Shown here piece after piece: positions 22,590 to 32,237 of a stretch of 64,000 bases of DNA. Position numbers and translations under genes: made by a program. Source of the DNA: an uncultured Planctomycetota bacterium (GTDB lineage Bacteria > Planctomycetota > Planctomycetia > Isosphaerales > Isosphaeraceae); contig CAWJTV010000011.1 of assembly GCA_963845755.1 (NCBI GenBank), positions 288,001 to 352,000 of the forward strand. The letters are read 5' to 3'. The number at the start of each line of letters is the position of its first letter. The stretch's first letter is position 1. The notes beneath the pieces are model-generated. The model did no database searches, was not told the DNA's origin, and was given only the letters and a program-made list of their open reading frames with translations.

Positions 22590-25500
22590 GTGACCTCGAT
22601 GTTATTCCCTCGCCCACGCCGTCCCTCCGTCAGGGGACGCCGGCCGATCGCGGCCCGCCGATTTCACCTTGAGGGACTGGAAGATCGGACCCTGTTGACG
22701 CTGAGTGCCATCAATCTTGGCGTCACGGTGAAGTCAACGCCGGTGGTGATGAACGGCGAGCTGTTCTTCGCCGGCTACGACGCCACCCACGGCGTCCAGC
22801 TCTGGGAGTCCAATGGGACCGCCCAGGGCACCGTCCAGCTCACCAACTCGAACGACGTTAACAACGGCATCAACCCCCAGGACCTCACCGTCGTCGGCAA
22901 TACCCTCTTCTTCGCTGCCGACGACCTCACCCACGGCGGACCAGCTCTGGAAGAGCGACGGCACCGTGGCCGGCACAACCTACGTCACCGACAGCAACGA
23001 CGGCGTCGCCAACTTCGGCATCTACCCCTCGTACCTCACCAACGCGAACGGCACCCTCTACTTCACCGGCCTGGACCTCAACGACGACACCCAGGTTTTC
23101 CAGAGCAACGGGACCGCCGCCGGCACCACGATGGTGGCCGACATCCCTGGGGCCAACAACGAGCCCGGCTGCTATCCCAGCGACTTTACCGTTGCCGGCG
23201 GCATCCTCTACTTCCAGGCCGCCAACGCGACTGCCGGCGCCAGTTGTGGGAAACCAACGGGACGGCCAGCGGGACGACGATGCTCACCAGCGGCAACGCC
23301 AGCGGGGGCGGCACGGTCCCGCAGGATCTGACGGCGGTCGGCAATACCTTGTACTTCAACGGCTTTGACGCGACCAACGGATTCCAGGTGTGGCAGAGCG
23401 ACGGGACAGCCAGTGGGACCGTGCGGCTGACCAGCGGCGGAGCCACCGGATTGGGCCTGAATCCCAGCGACCTCACGGCGGTGGGGAGCACCCTGTACTT
23501 CGCGGCCAATGACGGGACCCACGGCGACCAGTTGTGGTCATTCAGCGGTGGCTCGGCGACGATGCTCAGCAGCGGCAATGCCAGTGGCGGGGGCCTGAGC
23601 CCCACGAACCTGACCGCCGTGGGCAACACGCTGTTCTTCGTGGGTGATGACGGCGCGCACGGTAACCAGTTGTGGTCGAGCAACGGGACGGCCGGCGGCA
23701 CGGCAATGGTGGCCGACATCAACGGCACGTCCACCGCCGACGTGACCAACCTGATCAACATGAATGGGATACTGTACTTCTCTGCCTACACGACGAAGAA
23801 CGGGTTCCAGGTGTGGCAGAGCGACGGGACGTCCGCCGGCACGGTGATGGATACTGACCTCAACACCGGCGTGAGCAACGGCCCAACCAACTTCACCATC
23901 ATGGGCAACGCCCTCTACTTCACCGCCCCAGGCGCACCGATGTGGATGTGGGTGCCAACGTCGACGCAAACGACGCCGACGATCACCTGGGCCGACCCCG
24001 CGAATATCGTCTACGGCACCGCCTTGAGTGGGACCCAGCTCGACGCCACCGCCAGCGTCCCGGGAACCTTCACTTATACCCCGGCCGCCGGTACCATCCT
24101 GAATGCGGGCAACAACCAGACGCTCTCGGTCACATTCACGCCCACGGACACCACCGATTACACGGATGCTACCGCTACGGTCGCGATCAGCGTATCGCAA
24201 GCCACACCCACGCTCACCTGGGCCAACCCCGCGAATATTGTCTATGGCACGGCGCTGAGTAGCACGCAGCTCGATGCGACCTCAAGTGTGCCGGGAACTT
24301 TCACCTATACTCCGGCCGCAGGCACGGTCTTACGTGCGGGCAACGGCCAGACGCTCTCGGTCATGTTCAAGCCCACGGACACCACCGATTACACGGATGC
24401 CACGGCCACAGCCACGATCAACGTGGCACAGGTCACGCCGACCATCACCTGGAACAATCCGGCGGGCATCGTCTACGGCACGGCCCTGAGCGGGACCCAG
24501 CTCGACGCCACCGCCAGCGTGCCGGGGACCTTCACCTATACGCCACCCGCCGGCACGGTCCTGAGCGCGGGCAACGGCCGGACGCTCTCGGTCACCTTCA
24601 CGCCCACCGATACGACCGATTACGCGGATGCCACGGGGACGGCCACGATCAACGTGGCGCAAGCCACGCCCACGCTTACCTGGACCAACCCCGCGGACAT
24701 CGTCTATGGCACCGCCTTGAGCGGGACCCAGCTCGATGCCACGGCCAGCGTGCCGGGGACCTTCACCTATTCGCCGGCCAGCGGCACGATCCTCCCGGCG
24801 GGCGCCGACCAGACGCTCTCGGTCTCCTTCACACCCACCGATGCCACCGATTACACCGATGCCACGGGAACAGCCACGATCAACGTCGCGCAAGCCACAC
24901 CGACGCTCACCTGGGCCAACCCGGCGAATATCGTCTACGGCACCGCGCTAAGCAGCAGGCAGCTCGATGCGACCTCAAGCGTGCCGGGGACGTTCGCGTA
25001 TTCCCCGGCCGCGGGTACGATCCTGAGCGCGGGGAACGGCCGGACGCTCTCGGTCACCTTCACGCCCGCCGATACCAACGATTACACCCATGCCACGGAC
25101 ACAGCCACGATCAACGTGGCGCAGGCCACTCCCGTGATCACCTGGGCCAACCCGGCGAGCATCGCCTATGGCACGGCGCTGAGCAGTACTCAGCTCGATG
25201 CGGGGGTGAATGTCCCCGGGACTTTTGCCTATACTCCGGCCGCGGGAACGGTCCTTCCGGCGGGCAACGGCCAGACTCTGTCGGTCACCTTCACGCCCAC
25301 CGACACGACCGATTACACCACCGCCACGGCCACTGCAAACCTCAATGTCCTACCAACGACACAAACCACGCCCACGATCACTTGGGCCGACCCCGCGGAC
25401 ATCGTCTATGGGACCGCCTTGAGCGGGACCCAGTTCGACGCCACCGCCAGCGTGCCGGGGACCTTCACCTATTCGCCACCCGCCGGCACGATCCTGAGCG

Positions 25501-28235
25501 CGGGCGCCGACCAGACGCTCTTCGTCACCTTCATGCCCACCGACACGACCGATTACACCACCGCCAGGGCCACGGCGAGCCTCAACGTGGCGAAGGCCAC
25601 ACCGACGCTCACCTGGGCCAACCCGGCGAGCATCGTCTATGGCACGGCGCTGTCCGGGACCCAGCTCGATGCCACTGCCGGGGTGCCGGGTACCTTTGCC
25701 TACACCCCAGCCGAGGGCACTCTCCTGAGACCGGGCAATGGCCAGACGCTCTCGGTCACCTTCACGCCCGCCGATACCAATGATTACACCACCGCCACGG
25801 CCACGGCGAGGATCAACGTGGCGCAAGCCACCCCGACGATCGCCTGGGCCAACCCGCCGAGCCTTGTCTTTGGCACCGCGCTGTCCGGGACCCAGCTCGA
25901 CGCCACGGCCAGCGTACCGGGGACCTTCACCTACACGCCGGCCGCCGGCACGGTCCTTTCGGCGGGCAACGGCCGGACCCTCTCGGTCACCTTCACGCCC
26001 ACAGATACCACCGATTACGCGGACGCCACGGGCACAGCCACGATCAACGTGGCGCAAGCCAAGCCCACGCTCACCTGGGCCAACCCCGCAAATATCGCCT
26101 ACGGGACAGCCCTGAGCGGGGCCCAGCTCGATGCCACCGCCAGCGTGCCGGGGACCTTCACCTATTCGCCACCCGCCGGCACGGTCCTGAGCGCGGGCGA
26201 CGACCAGTCACTTTCGGTCTCCTTCACGCCCACCGACGCGACCGACTACACCAGCGCCAGGGCCACGGCGAGCCTCAACGTGGCGCAAGCCACGCCGTCG
26301 ATCATCTGGGCCAACCCCGCAAATATCACCTACGGCACGGCGCTCAGCAGCAAGCAGCTCGATGCGACCTCAGGCGTGCCGGGGACTTTCATTTACGCCC
26401 CGGCGGCGGGAACGGTCCTTCCGGCGGGCGACGGCCAGACCCTCTCGGTCACCTTCACGCCCACCAATACCACGGATTACACCACCGCCACGGCCACGGC
26501 AAGCCTCAATGTCCTACCAACGACACAAACCACGCCCACGATCACCTGGGCCGGCCCCGCGGACATCGTCTATGGCACCGCATTGAGCGGGACCCAGCTC
26601 GACGCCACCGCCAGCGTGCCGGGGACTTTCACCTACACACCGGCCGCCGGCACGGTCCTACCGGCAGGCGACGACCAGACGCTCACGGTTTTCTTCACAC
26701 CCACCGATACCAAGGACTACACCACCGCCAGGGCCACGGCGAGCCTCAACGTGGGGCAAGCCGCGCCCATGCTCACCTGGGCCAACCCGGCGAGTATCGT
26801 CTACGGCACGGCACTGAGCAGCCGGCAGCTCGATGCGACCTCGAGCGTGCCGGGGACGTTCGCTTACTCCCCGGCCGCCGGTACGATCCTGAGCGCGGGC
26901 AACGGCCGGACCCTCTCGGTCACCTTCACGCCCACCGACACGACCGATTACACGGATGCCACGGCCACGGCCACGATCAACCTGTCGCAGGCCACGCCCA
27001 CGCTCACCTGGGCCCACCCCGCGAGCATCGTCTATGGCACGGCGCTGTCCGGGACCCAGCTCGATGCGACCTCAAGCGTGCCGGGGACCTTTGCCTATAC
27101 CCCGGCCGCGGGTACGATCCTGAACGCGGGCAACGGACGGACGCTGTCGGTCACCTTCACGCCCACCGATACCAACGATTACACCACCGCCGGGGCCGAG
27201 GCGAGCCTCAACGTGGCGCAAGCCACGCCGACGATCACCTGGACCAACCCGGCGAGCATCGTCTACGGGACCGCCTTGAGCGGGACGCAGCTCGATGCCA
27301 CTGCCAGCGTGCCGGGAAGCTTCGCGTACACCCCGGCCGCCGGTACGGTCTTGCATGCGGGACGCGACCAGACGCTCTCGGTTTCCTTCACGCCCACGGA
27401 TACCATCGATTACACCATTGCCGATGCGACAAGTACAATCAATGTGGCACAAGCCACGCCCACGATCACCTGGGCCAATCCCGCGGACATCGTCAATGGC
27501 ACGGCGCTGTCCGGGACCCAGCTTGATGCCGCCGCCAGCGTGCCCGGAACCTTCGCGTACACGCCGGCTGTCGGCGCCGTCCTGAATGCAGGCAACGACC
27601 AGACGCTCTCGGTCACGTTCACACCCAAGGATACCACCGACTACACCACCACCCGAGCGACTGCGGCGATCAACGTTCTCTCAATACCCACACCGACTCC
27701 CACGCCGACGCCAACTCCTCCCCCATTGGTCACAGTCAGTTCGGTTTCGCCGGCCTTCGGGAAGCACCACGAGGTCAGCACGGTGCTCGTCCAGTTCAGC
27801 GGGCCCGTCAACGTGGCTCTGGCGAACTCGGTCGCGGAATACCGGCTCGCGATCGCCGGCAAGCACGGCTCGTACGATGCCAGGAACGCGCGGGTCATCG
27901 CACTGAAGTCAGCCGCCTATAACAGCGCGACGAACACAGTGACACTGACACCTGTGAAGATGTTCAACCTGAGCAAGCCCGTGGAAGTGCGGGTCGAGGG
28001 CGAGCCACCCTCGGGAATGCTCGACTCATTCGGCCGGTTGATCAGCGTCGTCCCGAATGCCGCTGGTGGTGGCGATACCAACGCAATCTTGAAGAAAGGT
28101 GGGGTGACGATCCTGGCGCGGGAAGCGGTTGTCCGGCCAGATTCGGCTCACGCAGCCGTCCGGCTGCTCCATCGTAGCCGACCGGGGCATGCCGCCATCT
28201 CCGGCCCGCGGAGTCGCCACCGTGCGCGGTCTTGA
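22590..28235 (+). CDS. Large surface/adhesin-like protein: planctomycete LEDRxLL leader, ELWxxDGT-type propeller repeats, 16 tandem ~77-aa Ig-like repeats, PT linker
   Basis: RRFHLEGLEDRTLL; QLWESNGT/QLWKSDGT/QVWQSDGT repeats with compensating frameshifts near 22940 and 23240; repeat TPTxTWANPAxIVYGTALSGTQLDATASVPGTFTYTPAAG. Confidence 0.9.
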   Translation: MTSMLFPRPRRPSVRGRRPIAARRFHLEGLEDRTLLTLSAINLGVTVKSTPVVMNGELFFAGYDATHGVQLWESNGTAQGTVQLTNSNDVNNGINPQDLTVVGNTLFFAADDLTHGGPALEERRHRGRHNLRHRQQRRRRQLRHLPLVPHQRERHPLLHRPGPQRRHPGFPEQRDRRRHHDGGRHPWGQQRARLLSQRLYRCRRHPLLPGRQRDCRRQLWETNGTASGTTMLTSGNASGGGTVPQDLTAVGNTLYFNGFDATNGFQVWQSDGTASGTVRLTSGGATGLGLNPSDLTAVGSTLYFAANDGTHGDQLWSFSGGSATMLSSGNASGGGLSPTNLTAVGNTLFFVGDDGAHGNQLWSSNGTAGGTAMVADINGTSTADVTNLINMNGILYFSAYTTKNGFQVWQSDGTSAGTVMDTDLNTGVSNGPTNFTIMGNALYFTAPGAPMWMWVPTSTQTTPTITWADPANIVYGTALSGTQLDATASVPGTFTYTPAAGTILNAGNNQTLSVTFTPTDTTDYTDATATVAISVSQATPTLTWANPANIVYGTALSSTQLDATSSVPGTFTYTPAAGTVLRAGNGQTLSVMFKPTDTTDYTDATATATINVAQVTPTITWNNPAGIVYGTALSGTQLDATASVPGTFTYTPPAGTVLSAGNGRTLSVTFTPTDTTDYADATGTATINVAQATPTLTWTNPADIVYGTALSGTQLDATASVPGTFTYSPASGTILPAGADQTLSVSFTPTDATDYTDATGTATINVAQATPTLTWANPANIVYGTALSSRQLDATSSVPGTFAYSPAAGTILSAGNGRTLSVTFTPADTNDYTHATDTATINVAQATPVITWANPASIAYGTALSSTQLDAGVNVPGTFAYTPAAGTVLPAGNGQTLSVTFTPTDTTDYTTATATANLNVLPTTQTTPTITWADPADIVYGTALSGTQFDATASVPGTFTYSPPAGTILSAGADQTLFVTFMPTDTTDYTTARATASLNVAKATPTLTWANPASIVYGTALSGTQLDATAGVPGTFAYTPAEGTLLRPGNGQTLSVTFTPADTNDYTTATATARINVAQATPTIAWANPPSLVFGTALSGTQLDATASVPGTFTYTPAAGTVLSAGNGRTLSVTFTPTDTTDYADATGTATINVAQAKPTLTWANPANIAYGTALSGAQLDATASVPGTFTYSPPAGTVLSAGDDQSLSVSFTPTDATDYTSARATASLNVAQATPSIIWANPANITYGTALSSKQLDATSGVPGTFIYAPAAGTVLPAGDGQTLSVTFTPTNTTDYTTATATASLNVLPTTQTTPTITWAGPADIVYGTALSGTQLDATASVPGTFTYTPAAGTVLPAGDDQTLTVFFTPTDTKDYTTARATASLNVGQAAPMLTWANPASIVYGTALSSRQLDATSSVPGTFAYSPAAGTILSAGNGRTLSVTFTPTDTTDYTDATATATINLSQATPTLTWAHPASIVYGTALSGTQLDATSSVPGTFAYTPAAGTILNAGNGRTLSVTFTPTDTNDYTTAGAEASLNVAQATPTITWTNPASIVYGTALSGTQLDATASVPGSFAYTPAAGTVLHAGRDQTLSVSFTPTDTIDYTIADATSTINVAQATPTITWANPADIVNGTALSGTQLDAAASVPGTFAYTPAVGAVLNAGNDQTLSVTFTPKDTTDYTTTRATAAINVLSIPTPTPTPTPTPPPLVTVSSVSPAFGKHHEVSTVLVQFSGPVNVALANSVAEYRLAIAGKHGSYDARNARVIALKSAAYNSATNTVTLTPVKMFNLSKPVEVRVEGEPPSGMLDSFGRLISVVPNAAGGGDTNAILKKGGVTILAREAVVRPDSAHAAVRLLHRSRPGHAAISGPRSRHRARS
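23972..27680 (+). repeat. 16 tandem ~231-bp coding repeats
   Basis: Counted 16 units in the translation, each starting with (T/K/A)PxxxW. Confidence 0.9.
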
Positions 28236-28253
28236 AACTCCCGCGGGGCTCGG

Positions 28254-30704
28254 TCACGGCACCATCGTGATCCTCGACTCGGTGACGGACTCGACCTTCG
28301 GGCGCGAGAAAAATGCGGGGAAATACCGGCCGTTGGCCCAGGACTCGAACAGGTCGCGGTAATGAGGGCTGTCCGGGTCGCCGGACTGGCCCGGCGCGTT
28401 GGTGCCGGCCGAGGCGTCCCAGTCGGACGTGTCGGCGATGATCCGGAAGGAGGCGCCCGACGCCTGGTTGTCGTTGTCCGACGTGCTGTTGACGGTATGT
28501 CCATAGCCGCCGCGCGGCAGTGGGCCGAGGTCCAGCTTCGCCCGAAACCCGGAGGCGACGGCACCGCTCAAGGGATGCTTGAGCAAGACATGCTTCAACC
28601 GGTCCTGGCCGTACTTCCAGTCGTTCATCTCCGGCCCCAGGCGACGATTCAGCTCGACCAAGGCCTGGTCGAGCGACCGGAGCAAGAGCGCGTCACGACC
28701 GGCGGTCGGGTCGGCGCCGAAGCGGCCGTCGGGCACCATGAGCCAGGCGATCAGCTTCTCGGTCGACAACGATCGAGCCGGGAGGATCGCATGGGCTGCC
28801 TCCGGGACCAGTAGGTGGTGCACCGAGATCTTGAGGTGCTTCTCCCAGGTGGCGTAGATCGTCGCCGCGATCGAGTCCCGGTCGAGCACGTCGTCCCAGG
28901 CGAGCAGCGTTTCGATGGCACGGGCCTGCCCCTGTCGGGCCGGCTTGCGTCCCCGGAGCAGCGGCACCAGCGCCCGGGCCGGCAGCGACAGCTCGTCGTG
29001 CTGGAGCCGCATCGAATCCATCAGCGTGAAGCGACGGCTCGCGCCGAGGACTTCCTCGATGCGGGCGAACCGGAACGGGTCGGTCCACTGGAAGCTGACG
29101 GCGAACGGGTAGCCCGGCGGGAGGTTGTCCTGGTTGGCGGTGGCGAGCCATCCGCGGGGCGGATCGGCCACATGAGGCAGGTCGAGGATCGGCAGGAAGC
29201 CGTCCCACTCGTAACGCCCGTCGCCGGGGACGGGGATGAGCCCGTTGCCGTTGGTGCGCCGGGGCGAGAGGCCCACGGCCTGCCAGCCGATGTGGCCGTC
29301 GCGATCGGCCCAGACCATGTTCTCCGAGGGGACGTGGAAGGCGCGGCACGCTTCGCGGAACTCCGTCCAGCTCGCAGCCTGGTCGAGCCGCAGGCTGGCC
29401 AGGTACGGGGCGCCGCCTTCCTCGAGCCAAGCGGCCCGGAGAGAATACGCCCGATGATGAGCCGGGTCTTCGAACACGACCGGCCCGTGCCGGGTGTACT
29501 TCAACTCGACCGATCCCGAGTTGCGCCCCTTCACCGCGATGGTCTCCCGGATCGTCCGCATGGATTCCCAGCCGTCGCGATACCGATAGCGGGACGGGTT
29601 GGCGGGGTCGGTCTCGTAGACGTAGAGATCTTCCTGATCGATCGGGAAGATCGTGAATCCCCAGGCGCCGCGCTCGTTGTGGCCGACCGAGACGCCGGGC
29701 AAGGCCGGCTCGCCGGCGCCGATGACGTTCCAGCCCGGCGCGACCAGGTGGACCCAGTAGCGCAGCGACGGCAACAGCAAGGCCCGGTGCGGATCGTTGG
29801 CCATGATCGCGCCACCGGCGAACGTCCGCGCGCCGGAGATCACCCAGTTGTTGCTCCCCTCCGCCTCGCGATCGAGATCGAAGAAGGTCGCTCCGGATTC
29901 CGGATCGATCGCGGCGACGGCCCGGTCGCCCTTTTCGAGGCCGGCCGCCTTCAGGCGGAACCCGGGCACGACCTCTTCCGGACGGAAGTGGACCGGGGCG
30001 CGCGAGGCGGTGTAGCTCTCGATGAGGGCATCGGAGATGAGCGACAGATCGATCGCTGCGTCGGGCTTCAGCTCGGGCCGACCAGGATGGAGATTGAGCA
30101 GCTCCCGCGCGCGATCGGCGCCCAGGACGTGGACAAGCTGCGCGTACTGCACCTCCTGGGTGACATTGCGATACAGCCCATTGTGTCGCGAGACCACGAT
30201 CTCGGGCGTCCACTTCCCCGGCGGGATTCCCAGGATTTCGAACTCGATCGGCAGCCGCTCCTGCTTTCGTTCGGTCCGGTCGATGTAAGCGTTGATCCCC
30301 TCGACGAAGGCCCCGACGATCTCGGCGCCCCGGGGATGGTAGTGATTTAGCTCGCGACCCAGGTCGCCGCGGAACTTCAGCATCCGCGCGCCGATGTCGC
30401 CGGAGAGGGCCCGCGGACCCTGGAGCTCGGCCAGCGTCCCTGTCGCCCGACGCCGCCACAGCTCCAGTTGGAAGAGCCGGTCGCGCGCGGCGGAGTAGCC
30501 CTGGGCCAGGAACAGGTCGTGCTCGTTGCGAGCATAAATATGAGAGATCCCCCAGCGGTCGCGCAGGATCTCGACGGGCTCGCGAAGTCCGGGGAGGACT
30601 TGCTTCTCTTCCGCCGCCCAGGCGATCGACGCCATCGAGGCGATCGCGACGACCACCGCGACGATCCGATGCGGCAGCTCAATGAGACAGAATCGATCAC
30701 ACAT
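28254..30704 (-). CDS. Penicillin acylase family (Ntn hydrolase) protein
   Basis: RDRWGISHIYA, QGYSAARDRLFQLEL, EGSNNWVISG (beta-chain Ser), ANDPH, PGQSGDPDSPHY. Confidence 0.93.
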   Translation of the reverse strand: MCDRFCLIELPHRIVAVVVAIASMASIAWAAEEKQVLPGLREPVEILRDRWGISHIYARNEHDLFLAQGYSAARDRLFQLELWRRRATGTLAELQGPRALSGDIGARMLKFRGDLGRELNHYHPRGAEIVGAFVEGINAYIDRTERKQERLPIEFEILGIPPGKWTPEIVVSRHNGLYRNVTQEVQYAQLVHVLGADRARELLNLHPGRPELKPDAAIDLSLISDALIESYTASRAPVHFRPEEVVPGFRLKAAGLEKGDRAVAAIDPESGATFFDLDREAEGSNNWVISGARTFAGGAIMANDPHRALLLPSLRYWVHLVAPGWNVIGAGEPALPGVSVGHNERGAWGFTIFPIDQEDLYVYETDPANPSRYRYRDGWESMRTIRETIAVKGRNSGSVELKYTRHGPVVFEDPAHHRAYSLRAAWLEEGGAPYLASLRLDQAASWTEFREACRAFHVPSENMVWADRDGHIGWQAVGLSPRRTNGNGLIPVPGDGRYEWDGFLPILDLPHVADPPRGWLATANQDNLPPGYPFAVSFQWTDPFRFARIEEVLGASRRFTLMDSMRLQHDELSLPARALVPLLRGRKPARQGQARAIETLLAWDDVLDRDSIAATIYATWEKHLKISVHHLLVPEAAHAILPARSLSTEKLIAWLMVPDGRFGADPTAGRDALLLRSLDQALVELNRRLGPEMNDWKYGQDRLKHVLLKHPLSGAVASGFRAKLDLGPLPRGGYGHTVNSTSDNDNQASGASFRIIADTSDWDASAGTNAPGQSGDPDSPHYRDLFESWANGRYFPAFFSRPKVESVTESRITMVP

Positions 30705-30807
30705 CGCGCAGGTTCCTCGATCTCTGGACGGCGGAATTGCCGACTCTCCTGCCTATCTTGCTGTCCGTTTCCGCTCGAGGGAAGATGCGCCTGGATCGAT
30801 CCTCGGA

Positions 30808-31179
30808 TCAGAGGATGGTTGCCTTGATATGCCAATCGTCGGGCAGTTGCGGATACTGGACTGCCTCGTCCGCAGTGATGGGACGCTTGGCCCGGATGGT
30901 GAAGTGGATCCAGCCACCGCATCGGGGGCACCGGCCGACGAATCCCGTATCATTCCACCAGGCGCGTACCAACGGATCATGGACAGCACGTCCGTGGTCT
31001 TCCAGCCGGAAATCAATCGCCTGCATCGGCTGGTCACAATCATCATGGGGGCAGGATGTCTCCGGATAGACGATTTGCGGTGCCATCTGTTGTTCCTGAC
31101 CGCCCTGCCGGTAGAGGGCATGCATCTGTTCCAATTCTTCCACTGAGGGAGTCATTGCCTCGGTCCGTACCTCGGCCAT
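30808..31179 (-). CDS. Small hypothetical protein with probable Zn-binding Cys pairs
   Basis: AGGAGG RBS; CPHDDC and CPRC motifs. Confidence 0.65.
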   Translation of the reverse strand: MAEVRTEAMTPSVEELEQMHALYRQGGQEQQMAPQIVYPETSCPHDDCDQPMQAIDFRLEDHGRAVHDPLVRAWWNDTGFVGRCPRCGGWIHFTIRAKRPITADEAVQYPQLPDDWHIKATIL

Positions 31180-31313
31180 CGCCCACCTCCTTTATCCTCG
31201 ACCCGGCATGAACGCGACTCAAGAGACACCTGATGAATAGTCTACTCGAATTCGAGGGCGATCGAAATGGCTCGATCAGATCGTCCGGCTGAAGACACCA
31301 GGACATCCCTGCG

Positions 31314-31978
31314 TCATCTCGTTCGGCCGCCGTAATCGCCGATACCGTGCTCCAGCAGGTCGAGTGCGGCCTCGGCCGCGGAGGTGAGGAAGGCGTGGAT
31401 CGCCTTCGCGCTCTCGCCGGCGCGGCGGCGGCGCTCGGCTTCGAGGAACAGGGAAGCGTAGAGCGCCAGGACCTGGCTCGCCACCAGCCGGGGAGTGGGA
31501 TCGTTCGGCCCTTTGCCGGCGTCCTTCGCCAGGGACGCGGCGAGGGTGTCCTCCGCGCCGCGGGCCGCCCCCCGTTGCCGATGCACCGCGCGGACCTGCA
31601 AGGCGGGGCTGCCCTGGAAGACTCGCCGAACGGATGCCTGGTGCCCGCGATTGCCCTGGAGCTGGGATGTCTCGTGGAACTGCTCGATCCGCTCCGACAG
31701 ATGACGGCGAGGAATACAGTCACCGGCTCGCCGGGCCGGCGGTCGCTCGCTAGTCGATCGAACGCGGACGCCATCGGCTCCTCCGAGCCGAAGAAGAGGT
31801 CCTCCTTGGTCGGGAAGTGGTTGAACACCGTGTTGATCGACACGTCCGCCGCCTCGGCCACCTGGGCGACCGTCACCTCGTCGAAGCCCCGCTCGACGAA
31901 CAGGCGCATCGCCGCCTCGGCGATGACTCGCCGCGTCTGCTCCCGCTTCCGCTCGCGACGACCCGATTGCCCGTTCAT
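31314..31978 (-). CDS. TetR family transcriptional regulator (frameshifted near 31710)
   Basis: RRERKREQTRRVIAEAAMRLFVERGFDEVTVAQVAEAADVSINTVFNHFPTKEDL HTH. Confidence 0.9.
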
Positions 31979-31998
31979 GCCCGAATTCCTGAGAGCCT

Positions 31999-32089
31999 GC
32001 AGGGCGGGTGAAACCCACCAAGAATGGGCCCGATTCTGGTGGGTTTCACCCACCCTACAAAGGCCAGATGCCGTCCTCGGATCGTTTCT
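31999..32089. repeat. REP doublet (REPIN-like), copy 1
   Basis: GCAGGGCGGGTGAAACCCACC ... GGTGGGTTTCACCCACCCTAC (GTAG-type), with a tail shared with 45544-45635. Confidence 0.8.
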
Positions 32090-32115
32090 AACAGATCCTG
32101 GTGTCCCATGCAATA

Positions 32116-32150
32116 TTGGAGTTGACTCCAAAATTAGCGTCGTCTACAAT
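32116..32150 (+). promoter_or_regulatory. Sigma70 promoter of the ABC exporter overlapped by a palindromic TetR operator
   Basis: TTGACT (32122-32127)-N17-TACAAT (32145-32150); palindrome TTGGAGT-TG-ACTCCAA (32116-32131). Confidence 0.8.
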
Positions 32151-32237
32151 GATTCTCGCCGATCCCGGCCGTTGTGAGGTCGTCGTGGCGATCGGCAACG
32201 GCCTCACCGTATCTCATGCCGAAGGGATTCTCATTCG

